Below are positions 7,400 through 16,324 of a stretch of 20,000 bases of DNA, piece after piece. A model generated the notes under the pieces. The model had not been told where the DNA came from. It saw only the letters and a program-made list of their open reading frames with translations, and searched no databases. Each line of letters starts with the position of its first letter. The first letter of the stretch is position 1. Source of the stretch: an uncultured virus (IMG/VR IMGVR_UViG_3300024493_000316) (Duplodnaviria > Heunggongvirae > Uroviricota > Caudoviricetes); IMG/VR virus record IMGVR_UViG_3300024493_000316; one strand, given 5' to 3'. Made by a program: the position numbers and the translations under genes.

Positions 7400-8423
7400 G
7401 ATCAAGGTCAAGCAGGGTTCGTCCGCGTGGGAGCGGCTCCGCGAGCGGCGCATAGGTTCGAGCGAGGTTTTCGACATCGTGCGCTACTATGCGACCGACG
7501 AGGAGCTTCAGAACTGCGGCCTAAACGCCGAGGCTATCCATGAGGAAAAGCCGTTTGTGACGGTCTGGGCGCTTTATCATAAAATCATCGGCGACGAGGT
7601 GTGGTCGCCGGCAAGCCTTGACCCCGCGCTCGCAGAATACGGCCACGCTATGGAGCCTTATGGCCTTGATATTCTCAACGAGGGGCGCGAGAACAAGATC
7701 GAGGCGGGCGAGGTCTGGGTGGATACCCGTCTGATAGCCTCCCTCGACCTCACGGGGGTGGCGGAGGCCATAGATGAGCGCCCGTTCGACATCGGCGAGG
7801 GTTCAATAAAGGCCGGAATGTCCTTTATATGCGAGCAAAAGACCCGCTTGGCGAGCGAGGCAAAAAAGCCTTTCCCACTCAAATACCTCATACAGGCGCA
7901 GTTCCAAACCGCGTCAAAAAGCGCAGATTACTTCATTCTGCAGACTATGGTGCTTGAAAACGACACGCCTTTCGAGCGGGGCAAGATCGTGGCTATCGCC
8001 CACAGCCTTGCGAAGCTGAAAGAGTATCTTGGAAGTCGCGTGGCGATAAAGCACACGACGATCGCCAACAATCCGGCGCTGGCGGCGCTGATAAAGCTAT
8101 GCCTAAGCCGGTTCTTTGCCGATGTGGAAGCGCGCCACGAACCGAGGGCGTTCCTAGAAGCGGACGGCGCGAAAAACATCATACAGAGCATTCGTATCAA
8201 TTCGTTCTATAACCCGAAAATGGAGCTTGACCTTGACCTCACGGCGTATCGCGCGGCGAAACAGGCCGCCGAGGACGCGGAGGCGGCGCGGATCACGGAG
8301 CTTCAAAAGATAATTGATGTGGCGCGCGCGAAAAACGCCTCAAAGTTCCGCTCCCCCGATGGCTGGACGGCCTCGTTCTCCGCCGCCGGAGCATTTCTAA
8401 CAAAAGAGCCAAAGGAGGCCTAA
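7392..8423 (+). CDS. YqaJ/lambda-exonuclease-like viral recombinase nuclease
   Basis: QGSSAWERLRERRIGSSE, YGHAMEP, ASLD, EQKT and YLIQAQFQ motifs. Confidence 0.85.
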   Translation: MRKIKVKQGSSAWERLRERRIGSSEVFDIVRYYATDEELQNCGLNAEAIHEEKPFVTVWALYHKIIGDEVWSPASLDPALAEYGHAMEPYGLDILNEGRENKIEAGEVWVDTRLIASLDLTGVAEAIDERPFDIGEGSIKAGMSFICEQKTRLASEAKKPFPLKYLIQAQFQTASKSADYFILQTMVLENDTPFERGKIVAIAHSLAKLKEYLGSRVAIKHTTIANNPALAALIKLCLSRFFADVEARHEPRAFLEADGAKNIIQSIRINSFYNPKMELDLDLTAYRAAKQAAEDAEAARITELQKIIDVARAKNASKFRSPDGWTASFSAAGAFLTKEPKEA

Positions 8424-8801
8424 ATGTCAACACGAACAAACATTCAAATAAAGAGTAAAGAGGACGCGAAAATCTATGGCAAAGAGGAAGCCATAGTCAT
8501 ACATATCTATCATCATTGCGACGGGTATTTATCTGGAGTTGGCATTCAATTACTCAATATGCTTTCTAAAACCCAGAAATTCGATGATAGCAGTGATATT
8601 GCCAACAAATTGATAAAGGACAAAGAAGACGATAGTTTTGAGCTAACCTTGGGTTTGCATGGCGACGAGGAGTATTTTTACGAAATCGATGTAGATAACA
8701 AGACTTTTTCGGCCAGTCGCGACCACGGAGATCCCCTTTTTATATGCAAATACGATGATCCGGAAGACATCAACCGCTGCCTAAAGATATGTGAGGATTA
8801 A
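8424..8801 (+). CDS. Hypothetical phage protein (MSTR...IYHHCDGY family)
   Basis: AGGAGG RBS; abuts both neighbours; motif recalled from mobile-element hypotheticals. Confidence 0.75.
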   Translation: MSTRTNIQIKSKEDAKIYGKEEAIVIHIYHHCDGYLSGVGIQLLNMLSKTQKFDDSSDIANKLIKDKEDDSFELTLGLHGDEEYFYEIDVDNKTFSASRDHGDPLFICKYDDPEDINRCLKICED

Positions 8802-9296
8802 ATGCAAAAACAACAAAATACAACATTGCCCTATGAGCGGCTTATAGCGGAAGTAGATGAGTCAACGAAAAAAGCCTATCGGAATATGCGCTCTAAAATA
8901 TGCAAAATAGCATGGGTATATAGAAAAGCGGCAAAAAATAATCCGCTTGGCAAAACTTTTTTGATTGACGGCAAGTGCCTAACGGTCGTCAAGGCTACGC
9001 CATGCGAGCCTATCCCCGCTGACGGATTCCCGCTTTGGAATGTCGAAACCGATGACGGAATGACGCTCGACGAATGGTATCCCGGCGAGGCTGAAATGAA
9101 AACGCGGGAAATAGCCATGCGCGCGGCGGCGGCCAGTATAAACGGACAAGCAGAGCCGTGTTTGGGCGAGGCTATACGAGAGGCAGAGGCTATGCTTCAA
9201 CGCGACCTCAAAAAAGAGGAGCGCGCCACCATAGACAAGGCGGTCAAAGCTCTAGGCGTATTTTTCAAGGACTGGATAGAGGCGGAAAGTGATTAG
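8802..9296 (+). CDS. Hypothetical protein
   Basis: GAGGA RBS; tightly coupled at both ends. Confidence 0.7.
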   Translation: MQKQQNTTLPYERLIAEVDESTKKAYRNMRSKICKIAWVYRKAAKNNPLGKTFLIDGKCLTVVKATPCEPIPADGFPLWNVETDDGMTLDEWYPGEAEMKTREIAMRAAAASINGQAEPCLGEAIREAEAMLQRDLKKEERATIDKAVKALGVFFKDWIEAESD

Positions 9297-10830
9297 GCTC
9301 TACCCACATCAAGACCTCGCCGTTTCCCACGCGGTTCAAATGCTCGCCGAGCGGCACAACTCTATGATTGTCGCCGGCACGGGCGCGGGCAAGACCATAA
9401 TGCTCTCGGACACTATCCGGCGGTTCATCAACGGGTTCAAGACCGAGAACAACCGCTATCCGCACACACTTGTCTTGGCGCACCGCGTCGAGATCCACCG
9501 CCAGAACCTCGACAAATTCGGCAAGGTATGCCCGAATATCCCGACAAGCGAGTTCACAGCGGATCGCAAATCCCTGCGCGGCCTCGTCCACTTCGCCATG
9601 GTGCAGACCATAGTCGGCAAGCTGGATATGCTCCCGAAGTTCGACCTTGTGGTGATCGACGAGGCGCACCACTCGGCGGCGGACTCCTACAAGAAAATCA
9701 TAGACCACAACGGCGACGCCTACCTATTCGGCGTGTCGGCCACCCCGAATAGGGGCGACAAGCTCCCGCTCGTCGAGCTGTTCGACAACTTCTTCCAGAT
9801 TACGACCAAATACCTCATTGAGAGCCACTACCTCGTGCGCCCGAAGTTCATCGACCTGTCGCTCAAGTTCGGCGACGAGATAGGACATCTGGCAAAGAAC
9901 CTTACCCTTGAAACCGGCGGAGCGGCCATAGGCGAGTGCGTCCGGCTCTACCTCAAAAACAAAGAGGACGGCAAGGCGGTCATATTCGCGCCGAACCACG
10001 AGATTGCGGCGACGATAACGGACGAGCTGCGCCGGCATGGACGCAAGCCCGCCTACCTTTATGCCAACATAGCGGACGAGGCGCGGTCGATGGAGCTTGA
10101 CAGGTTCGAGAACGGCGACGCGGACGAGCTTATCAATGTTGACATCGCCACGGAGGGCTACGACTATCCCGCGCTTCGGAACGTGGTGGATTTCGACACC
10201 AACGGAAGCGAGAGCCAATGGATACAGAAAGTCGGACGCGGGCTTCGCACCGCCCCGAACAAGCTAGGTTGCACCGTGATCGACTTCGGCGGCAACCTGC
10301 TTATGTATCCCGACTGCGAGGTATCGGTCAACCTTGAGGGAGCGTTCAAGGCCGAGAGAGGCCACCGGCTGTCCGAGGGCGACTTTTTCAAGCAGGAAAA
10401 GGAAGTCGAATCCCTCAACGCCGAGTTCGGCAAGGCAAGGGAAAGCACGCCTTATTCGCTTCCGGCGGGCTGGGAAAGCATAAACGATCCGGAGGCCAAC
10501 ATAGTGTATGTGGCCTGCGGGCGCACGCACGACGCAATAGTCGTCAAGTCCGGCCAAGAGTTCACGCTGTGGATCTCGGACAAGGACAAAATTCGCAAGC
10601 ATTGCGAGGGGAGCTTCTCGGAGTGTATCGGCACCGGCACGACGCAAATGCTTAAAGCCGATCCCGACTTCGCCGAGGAGCAAAAGTCGGACAGGCAGAT
10701 AAGCGACATACAGGTTGGTCGGATCGCCCCGAAGTATTCAGCGATGGCGCTCAACTGGTATGGGGCGAACTGCGTAATCTGCTGGGAGGCATGGAGAGGA
10801 GAGATAAATGGAGCAACGACAGGGAATTGA
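9289..10830 (+). CDS. Superfamily 2 DEAD/DEAH-box helicase
   Basis: LYPHQ Q-motif, Walker A GTGAGKT, DEAHH, SAT, EGYDYP and motif VI QKVGRGLR. Confidence 0.95.
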   Translation: MIRLYPHQDLAVSHAVQMLAERHNSMIVAGTGAGKTIMLSDTIRRFINGFKTENNRYPHTLVLAHRVEIHRQNLDKFGKVCPNIPTSEFTADRKSLRGLVHFAMVQTIVGKLDMLPKFDLVVIDEAHHSAADSYKKIIDHNGDAYLFGVSATPNRGDKLPLVELFDNFFQITTKYLIESHYLVRPKFIDLSLKFGDEIGHLAKNLTLETGGAAIGECVRLYLKNKEDGKAVIFAPNHEIAATITDELRRHGRKPAYLYANIADEARSMELDRFENGDADELINVDIATEGYDYPALRNVVDFDTNGSESQWIQKVGRGLRTAPNKLGCTVIDFGGNLLMYPDCEVSVNLEGAFKAERGHRLSEGDFFKQEKEVESLNAEFGKARESTPYSLPAGWESINDPEANIVYVACGRTHDAIVVKSGQEFTLWISDKDKIRKHCEGSFSECIGTGTTQMLKADPDFAEEQKSDRQISDIQVGRIAPKYSAMALNWYGANCVICWEAWRGEINGATTGN

Positions 10831-11248
10831 GGAGTTTATCAAGTATGACGGCGACGACGCTACTTTGGCAAAAATCAAGGCCTTATACACGGGGTCAACC
10901 CTGTATATCGTCGTGCGATCAAAGACCTCGTGGAAGTCTAACCGCCAGAACAGGCTTTTCCACGGGCTTCTCACGATTTTCTGGGAGTCCGGCTGCGCGT
11001 CATTCGCCGACTACGACGATATGCGGGGCTATTACAAGCGTGTGGCGGGGCTTGTCAAGCTCGTCAGAAAGGACAATAAGACGACCGAAAGAGAGGGCAG
11101 CTGGAGCGACGCTACCAGCGCCGGCGCGCGGCGGGCGATTGACACGATCATGCACGATATGGACGAGTCCAACGTCCTCGGCAGCTCGCGCGGCAAGCAG
11201 TATGAGGATTTGCTCCGCAAAATCGGGGAATGGCAGGAGGATAACTGA
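10808..11248 (+). CDS. NinB/Orf-like recombination accessory protein (tentative)
   Basis: KSNRQNRLFHGLL resembles the RS..QN...ha motif; position in the recombination module. The ORF is well supported, the function less so. Confidence 0.55.
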   Translation: MEQRQGIEEFIKYDGDDATLAKIKALYTGSTLYIVVRSKTSWKSNRQNRLFHGLLTIFWESGCASFADYDDMRGYYKRVAGLVKLVRKDNKTTEREGSWSDATSAGARRAIDTIMHDMDESNVLGSSRGKQYEDLLRKIGEWQEDN

Positions 11249-12900
11249 TGAAAACTGACACCCGCGATCTGCTGGCCGTCTTGAAAGAGAACAACGAGGA
11301 TTTCGAGTGGTATCCTACCACGCGCGAGATTGTCGAGGCTATCTTCAAGCATAATTACCCGAACGGGTATGCGTGCGGCGCAAATTTCGATAGCGTGCTT
11401 GATATAGGCTGCGGAACCTGCAATTTCCTCACACATTGGGAGCAGATAGAAAAGGACTTGAAACTCGACCGCCCTAGCTATTTCAAATACTTTGTCATGG
11501 AGAAGTCGCAGACCCTTATAGACCTGCTCCCCAAAGAGGCGATAGTCCTCGGCACGGATTTCCACCAGTCCATTCTGTTCGATAAAGAAGTCGATGTGAT
11601 TTTCTGCAACCCGCCATATAGCGAGTTCGAGGACTGGACGCGCCGGATTATATTTGAGAGCGCGGCCAAGCGTGCTTATCTTGTCATTCCTACCCGCTGG
11701 AAAGAGGACAAGCTCCTCATGGCCGACCTTGTGGAAAAGAATGTCAAGTATGAGGTTGTCGGCTCGTTCGACTTCCTGCTCGCGGAGAGGCAAGCCCGCG
11801 CCAAGGTTGACATAGTGTATTTCAACCGAGAGGAAATAGGAAAGCACAGGGGCTATAAGGACTTTGCTTTCAATGAGTTTTTCGACCGCACTTTCCCTAT
11901 GGAGGATCTGAAAAAGGCGGACGATTACCAGTTCGAGGAAGAGAAGCGCGAGCAAGTCAAAAACGCGCTGGTGGGCGGCCAAAACAAGGGGGAAATCCTT
12001 GTGAACCTCTACAACGGGGAATTAAAAACCCTCTACAAGCATTTCCGCGCAATCACGGGCATGGACGCGGCAATCTTGAAAAGTATCGGGGTCAACAAGG
12101 AGTCCGTGAAAGAGGCCTTGAAGTCGAAGATAGTCAGCTTGAAAAAGATATATTGGAAGTCCGTCTTCGAGAACCTTGAAGAAATCACGACCCGCTTGAC
12201 CTCGGAAAGCCGCACCAATCTATACAATCAGTTCGAGGAAATACACGAGGTTGACTTCACGGCCAGCAACATCTACGCCGTGATAATCTGGGTCATCAAG
12301 AACGCGAATCAATGCTACAACGACCAGATTATCAGCTTCTTCAAGAGCCTTACCAGCTATGAGAACTGCCGCGCCTATAAGTCAAATCAAAGCACTTTCC
12401 AAAAGGACAAATACCGCTACAACAGCCTTGACGAGCGGGCGAGCCACTACACGCTGGATTATCGGATTGTCGTGTCAAACTGGGCACTCCGGCAGTATTA
12501 CAGCTATGATGACAAGATAAACAAAGGCAAACTCTCCGAGAAGCTAAGCGACATCAGCACTATTGCGGAAAACCTCGGCTTCCCTGTCGCTTGGCAGACC
12601 ATCACCGAAATCTACGGCAAACAGGAGAGCATTACGCTCAAAGACGGCAGGGAATTGCTCGAATACAGGTGCTATAAGAATGGCAACATACATTGCAAGT
12701 TCAGCAAGGAATTTATGAAAGCCCTCAATGTCGAGGCCTCGCGGCTCCTCGGCTGGATACGCTCCAAAGAGGACATTGCCGCCGAGTTCACGCCGGAGAT
12801 GGCCGAGGGAGCTGAAAAGTATTTCAAGGTCAACGCCTATATCCCCTTGGCCGGCAACAACATACCGCTTTTAACCAGCAGCACGGAGGCACAATGTTAG
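11248..12900 (+). CDS. Class I SAM-dependent DNA amino-methyltransferase with DUF4942-like C-terminus
   Basis: FEWYPT, VLDIGCGTCN (motif I), CNPPY (motif IV); C-terminal YKNGNIHCKF...LNVEASRLLGW. Confidence 0.88.
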   Translation: MKTDTRDLLAVLKENNEDFEWYPTTREIVEAIFKHNYPNGYACGANFDSVLDIGCGTCNFLTHWEQIEKDLKLDRPSYFKYFVMEKSQTLIDLLPKEAIVLGTDFHQSILFDKEVDVIFCNPPYSEFEDWTRRIIFESAAKRAYLVIPTRWKEDKLLMADLVEKNVKYEVVGSFDFLLAERQARAKVDIVYFNREEIGKHRGYKDFAFNEFFDRTFPMEDLKKADDYQFEEEKREQVKNALVGGQNKGEILVNLYNGELKTLYKHFRAITGMDAAILKSIGVNKESVKEALKSKIVSLKKIYWKSVFENLEEITTRLTSESRTNLYNQFEEIHEVDFTASNIYAVIIWVIKNANQCYNDQIISFFKSLTSYENCRAYKSNQSTFQKDKYRYNSLDERASHYTLDYRIVVSNWALRQYYSYDDKINKGKLSEKLSDISTIAENLGFPVAWQTITEIYGKQESITLKDGRELLEYRCYKNGNIHCKFSKEFMKALNVEASRLLGWIRSKEDIAAEFTPEMAEGAEKYFKVNAYIPLAGNNIPLLTSSTEAQC

Positions 12901-13175
12901 CGCAAGCAAAAAACAAAGAAACTATGCAGAACCAGAGCCGGCAGCTTTGGAACGCGATCGAGGAGATAGCGCACTCGCGCAAAATGTCCTTGTCAAAGCT
13001 CGCCCGCAGTTGCGGGTTCGACGCCACGGCGTTCAACAAAAGCAAGTGGACGCGCAAGAACGGCGCTCCAAGTTTCCCGAACACCAAGACGATATGCGCG
13101 ATCCTCGGAACCTTGAGTTTGACCTGGAGCGATTTCGCGCGCTATGTCGAAAAAGCTGGGGAGCAGAGCGAATGA
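12894..13175 (+). CDS. Stand-alone XRE-like HTH regulator
   Basis: LWNAIEEIA....SLSKLARSCGFDATAFNKSK.....G..SFPNTKTI..IL; start could also be 12924. Confidence 0.8.
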   Translation: MLAQAKNKETMQNQSRQLWNAIEEIAHSRKMSLSKLARSCGFDATAFNKSKWTRKNGAPSFPNTKTICAILGTLSLTWSDFARYVEKAGEQSE

Positions 13176-13381
13176 AGCACTCAAACGACAACACGAGCAT
13201 GGAAACAATCTCTCGGCAGGCCAGAATGATCTATTCGCACGGCACTATTGGTCTTGACGAATGGAGCTTTGTCGAAACCTGCCGCTCGTTCGCGCGGCGG
13301 GAGGGTATCTCAAAAACAAGCAAAACGCTTGTAAATTGGCTGATTTTTTTAATCAAGAAAGGAGCAACAAATGAACTCTAA
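13172..13381 (+). CDS. Hypothetical protein (69 aa)
   Basis: ATGA overlap with the upstream stop; GGGGAG RBS. Confidence 0.55.
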   Translation: MKHSNDNTSMETISRQARMIYSHGTIGLDEWSFVETCRSFARREGISKTSKTLVNWLIFLIKKGATNEL

Positions 13382-13595
13382 AAAAGCAAAAAGGCTTCGC
13401 AAACTTGCCCGCCAGCAAGTGCCGCAGGACGTGCGGGAATACGAATCCCACAACGGACACCCTGTCAACGTCCGAATAGGCACAGACAAGGTTGGAAAGC
13501 CCATAATCGTCCGTATGTGGTATGAAACCCTGCAGCTCGCCAAGGGTTGCCAGCGCTGGGTCTATAAGCAACTCAAGAAAGGAGAAATGCAATGA
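13371..13595 (+). CDS. Hypothetical basic protein
   Basis: AAGGAG RBS; MNSKKAKRLRK N-terminus; ATGA coupling to rtcB. Confidence 0.7.
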   Translation: MNSKKAKRLRKLARQQVPQDVREYESHNGHPVNVRIGTDKVGKPIIVRMWYETLQLAKGCQRWVYKQLKKGEMQ

Positions 13596-14767
13596 AAAAA
13601 CTACAAGAAAATATCCTTTGCTGGTGCGAAAACCCAGAGGACGGCGCGATAAAGCAAGCCCAGAACATAGCAAAACACCCGTGTCTTATAGGCAATGTGT
13701 GCCTTATGCCGGATACCCACCAAGGCTATGGAATGCCTATCGGCGGTGTGGCCGCGCTTGAAAATGCGATCTGCCCGAACATGGTCGGCGTCGATATAGG
13801 TTGCGGTATGTTGGCCGTGAAGACCTCGTTGCTTGAAATATCGACCGAGGCTCTCAAAATGATTCTAGGCGGGTCGAAAGAACATAAGGGCGGAATCCGC
13901 GCCTCTATACCTGTCGGCTTCAACCACCACAAGCACGATATACCAAACTCCATTTTTGACTATACCGACAGGTGGTTTATGACTTCTGTATGTCATAAAG
14001 AAATGGAATCGGCGCGGCGGCAACTTGGCTCCCTCGGCGGCGGCAACCACTTCATAGAGATACAAAAGGGCGATGACGGACATATCTGGTTTATGATACA
14101 TTCTGGCTCGCGCAATCTTGGCTTCAAGGTAGCAGGATATTATAACAAACTAGCCGAGGAACTTTGTAGAAAGTGGCACAACGATGAGATTGTGGAAAAC
14201 GAGCTTGCATATTTGCCGATTGATTCTGATGAGGGGCAAGCATACATAAATGAAATGCAACTATGCCTTGACTTTTCTTATCAAAATCGTCAAGTCATGG
14301 CACAGTTTGTCAAGGATGCGTTTAAGGCTGTGTTTCCTGCGGTCGAGTTTCCAAAAGAAATCAATATCCACCACAACTATGCCGCGTTGGAAAATCACTA
14401 CGGCAAGAATGTTTGGATACATAGAAAGGGCGCAACCTTGGCGCGCGAGGGAACCGAGGGGATTATCCCTGGCTCACAGGGAACTTGCTCCTATATCGTG
14501 CGCGGCCTAGGGAATGAGGCAAGCCTCAATTCATGCTCGCACGGTGCCGGTCGCAGAATGTCGAGAAAAGCGGCGCAGGATAAGTTATCTCTCCAAGAGG
14601 AGCAGGCTTTGCTTGACAGCAAGGGAATACTGCACGCGATCCGCTCCAAGAGCGATCTGGACGAAGCGCCATCGGCCTATAAGGACATAGACGAGGTTAT
14701 GGCGCAACAGACCGACCTCGTAGAGATAACGACAAGGCTGACCCCTCTCGCGGTCATAAAAGGATAG
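13592..14767 (+). CDS. rtcB: RtcB RNA 3'-phosphate/5'-OH ligase
   Basis: MPDTHQGYGMPIG, VGVDIGCGM, LGSLGGGNHF, IHSGSR, HHNY, HRKGA, SHGAGR and DEAPSAYK all intact. Confidence 0.97.
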   Translation: MKKLQENILCWCENPEDGAIKQAQNIAKHPCLIGNVCLMPDTHQGYGMPIGGVAALENAICPNMVGVDIGCGMLAVKTSLLEISTEALKMILGGSKEHKGGIRASIPVGFNHHKHDIPNSIFDYTDRWFMTSVCHKEMESARRQLGSLGGGNHFIEIQKGDDGHIWFMIHSGSRNLGFKVAGYYNKLAEELCRKWHNDEIVENELAYLPIDSDEGQAYINEMQLCLDFSYQNRQVMAQFVKDAFKAVFPAVEFPKEINIHHNYAALENHYGKNVWIHRKGATLAREGTEGIIPGSQGTCSYIVRGLGNEASLNSCSHGAGRRMSRKAAQDKLSLQEEQALLDSKGILHAIRSKSDLDEAPSAYKDIDEVMAQQTDLVEITTRLTPLAVIKG

Positions 14768-14773
14768 TGGAAA

Positions 14774-15376
14774 ATGAACCTCTGCCCAGAACTTAAAAGC
14801 TCGATTACCAAAATAGGCGGTATGCCTTGGATACACAACAGGTATCTCATAACCGTCTATGGCGGCACGGACTTCGAGAAAGAGATTTATAACCGGCAGT
14901 ATGCTTTCAAGGTAAAGCACATGGCGGAGCTTCTCAAGGCGGGCAAAGTTGGAGAATACCTAGCCCTAGTCGAGCGCCCATACAGACTGGAGGCCATGTT
15001 AGAAATCTTCGCCAACTATCCCGCGCAATGGGAAATCAAGGCATTCATGCTCCGAAAAACATGGATCGACTGCGAGGCGCCGCATACCAACATTCACGTC
15101 TGGAAAAGCCTGTTCTCCGATCCGAGATTCAACAAATTCTACACGGGAACGAAAAAGGGGTTGCCGAAAGAATTCCTCATATTCCGAGGCTATCAAGGCG
15201 AGTTTGACGACGGAATCTCTTGGACGCTCGACAAGGAAAAGGCCGAGTGGTTTGCGAACCGCTTTAACAAAAAGGGGGTTGTCAAAGCCCTTATGGTTCG
15301 CAGGGAAGACGTCATCGCCTACTTCAACGATAGGCAGGAACAGGAAATAATCTACATAGAGGAGGACAAGATATGA
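14774..15376 (+). CDS. Putative R-S-E class ADP-ribosyltransferase-fold protein
   Basis: C-terminal LIFRG...GISWT...A.WFA...RQEQEII: Arg, Ser and E-x-E in the order and context of the ART catalytic triad. Confidence 0.65.
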   Translation: MNLCPELKSSITKIGGMPWIHNRYLITVYGGTDFEKEIYNRQYAFKVKHMAELLKAGKVGEYLALVERPYRLEAMLEIFANYPAQWEIKAFMLRKTWIDCEAPHTNIHVWKSLFSDPRFNKFYTGTKKGLPKEFLIFRGYQGEFDDGISWTLDKEKAEWFANRFNKKGVVKALMVRREDVIAYFNDRQEQEIIYIEEDKI

Positions 15377-15855
15377 AACTTGAGTTTGCAGTCCTAATCG
15401 AGGACAAGAACGACGACGGCACTATATCCATGAGCGTCGAGAGCCGAACGGCGGAAACCGACGACAAGGTTAGGTCTGGCGCAATGGCGATCGGTATCGC
15501 GGGGAGCGTCAAGGAGTTCCTAAAAAGGGTGCTTGAGGGCGATGAAGTCGGCCAGCCGCCGGCAGACATCACATTCAAGGACATAGCGCGCTTCCACAAG
15601 CGGAAGTTCGGCGATATAGAGCTTCTGAACCAGGAGGCCAAGGTTGACGAGGAAATCGATGAGCTGCAGGCTGCCCTTGACAACCTCCAAACTCCCGACG
15701 CGGAGATCATCGACGAGGCCTGCGATGTGATTATGGCAATCATCGGCCTAGTCCGGCTCCTTGACGGCGACATCGACGGAGCGATGAAGCGTTGCCGCGA
15801 CAAGGTTCAAGCGCGGAAATACCCCGACGGGTTCAAGCATAAGGAGGAGGAATGA
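15373..15855 (+). CDS. MazG-like nucleotide pyrophosphohydrolase with an N-terminal extension
   Basis: KVDEEIDEL...IIDEACDV (EExxE...ExxD), then K.....ARKY; GGAGG RBS; ATGA overlaps at both ends. Confidence 0.72.
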   Translation: MKLEFAVLIEDKNDDGTISMSVESRTAETDDKVRSGAMAIGIAGSVKEFLKRVLEGDEVGQPPADITFKDIARFHKRKFGDIELLNQEAKVDEEIDELQAALDNLQTPDAEIIDEACDVIMAIIGLVRLLDGDIDGAMKRCRDKVQARKYPDGFKHKEEE

Positions 15856-16208
15856 TAGGCAATTTCAATGGTGCACGACAGGCATTCAAGGAGGCAGGGC
15901 TTTCCTATACCGACATAGGAAGCAAGGAATTTTATCTGTTGCGCGCTCTGTTGGAAGCAGAATTAGCAGAACACACAAGATTTCCTATGAAAGTCGGGCG
16001 CGTCAAGTTTTCCCATGATGAACGAGGGGCTTTGCGCTGGGGCGAAATCTGTGTCAACGGCGCGTATTTCAAGAACAGAAGCGGATTCATATTCAACTAC
16101 AACGGCGAGATAGAGTTCACCGGCTGGACTGGCTCGGAAAATGACCCGCCGTTCTTGAATGCTTTTACCAAATGGATCAAGAAAATAGGGAGGAAAAAAT
16201 GTCAATGA
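15852..16208 (+). CDS. Hypothetical phage protein
   Basis: AGGAGGAGG RBS; ATGA overlap; GAYFKNR...FN.NG.I.F.GW motif recalled from phage hypotheticals. Confidence 0.75.
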   Translation: MIGNFNGARQAFKEAGLSYTDIGSKEFYLLRALLEAELAEHTRFPMKVGRVKFSHDERGALRWGEICVNGAYFKNRSGFIFNYNGEIEFTGWTGSENDPPFLNAFTKWIKKIGRKKCQ

Positions 16209-16324
16209 CGCTTGCGGATTGCACAGACGAGGAGATCATGCTTCTCAAGCTACTCCTCGCGCAAGGAAAAATCATACTAGACCAAAAGACAAACACTCTC
16301 AAATTAAAAAAGGAGGAAAAATGA
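16199..16324 (+). CDS. Small hypothetical protein (41 aa; not in the ORF track)
   Basis: MSMTLADCTDEEIMLLKLLLAQGKIILDQKTNTLKLKKEEK; GGGAGG RBS; ATGA overlap with the next gene. Confidence 0.6.
   Translation: MSMTLADCTDEEIMLLKLLLAQGKIILDQKTNTLKLKKEEK

Noticed and set aside
6742..7477. Minus-strand ORFs of 146 and 236 aa
   Set aside because: Antisense to recT within a coupled plus-strand operon.
11032..11982. 316-aa minus-strand ORF
   Set aside because: Antisense shadow of the methyltransferase and NinB-like genes; no recognisable motifs.
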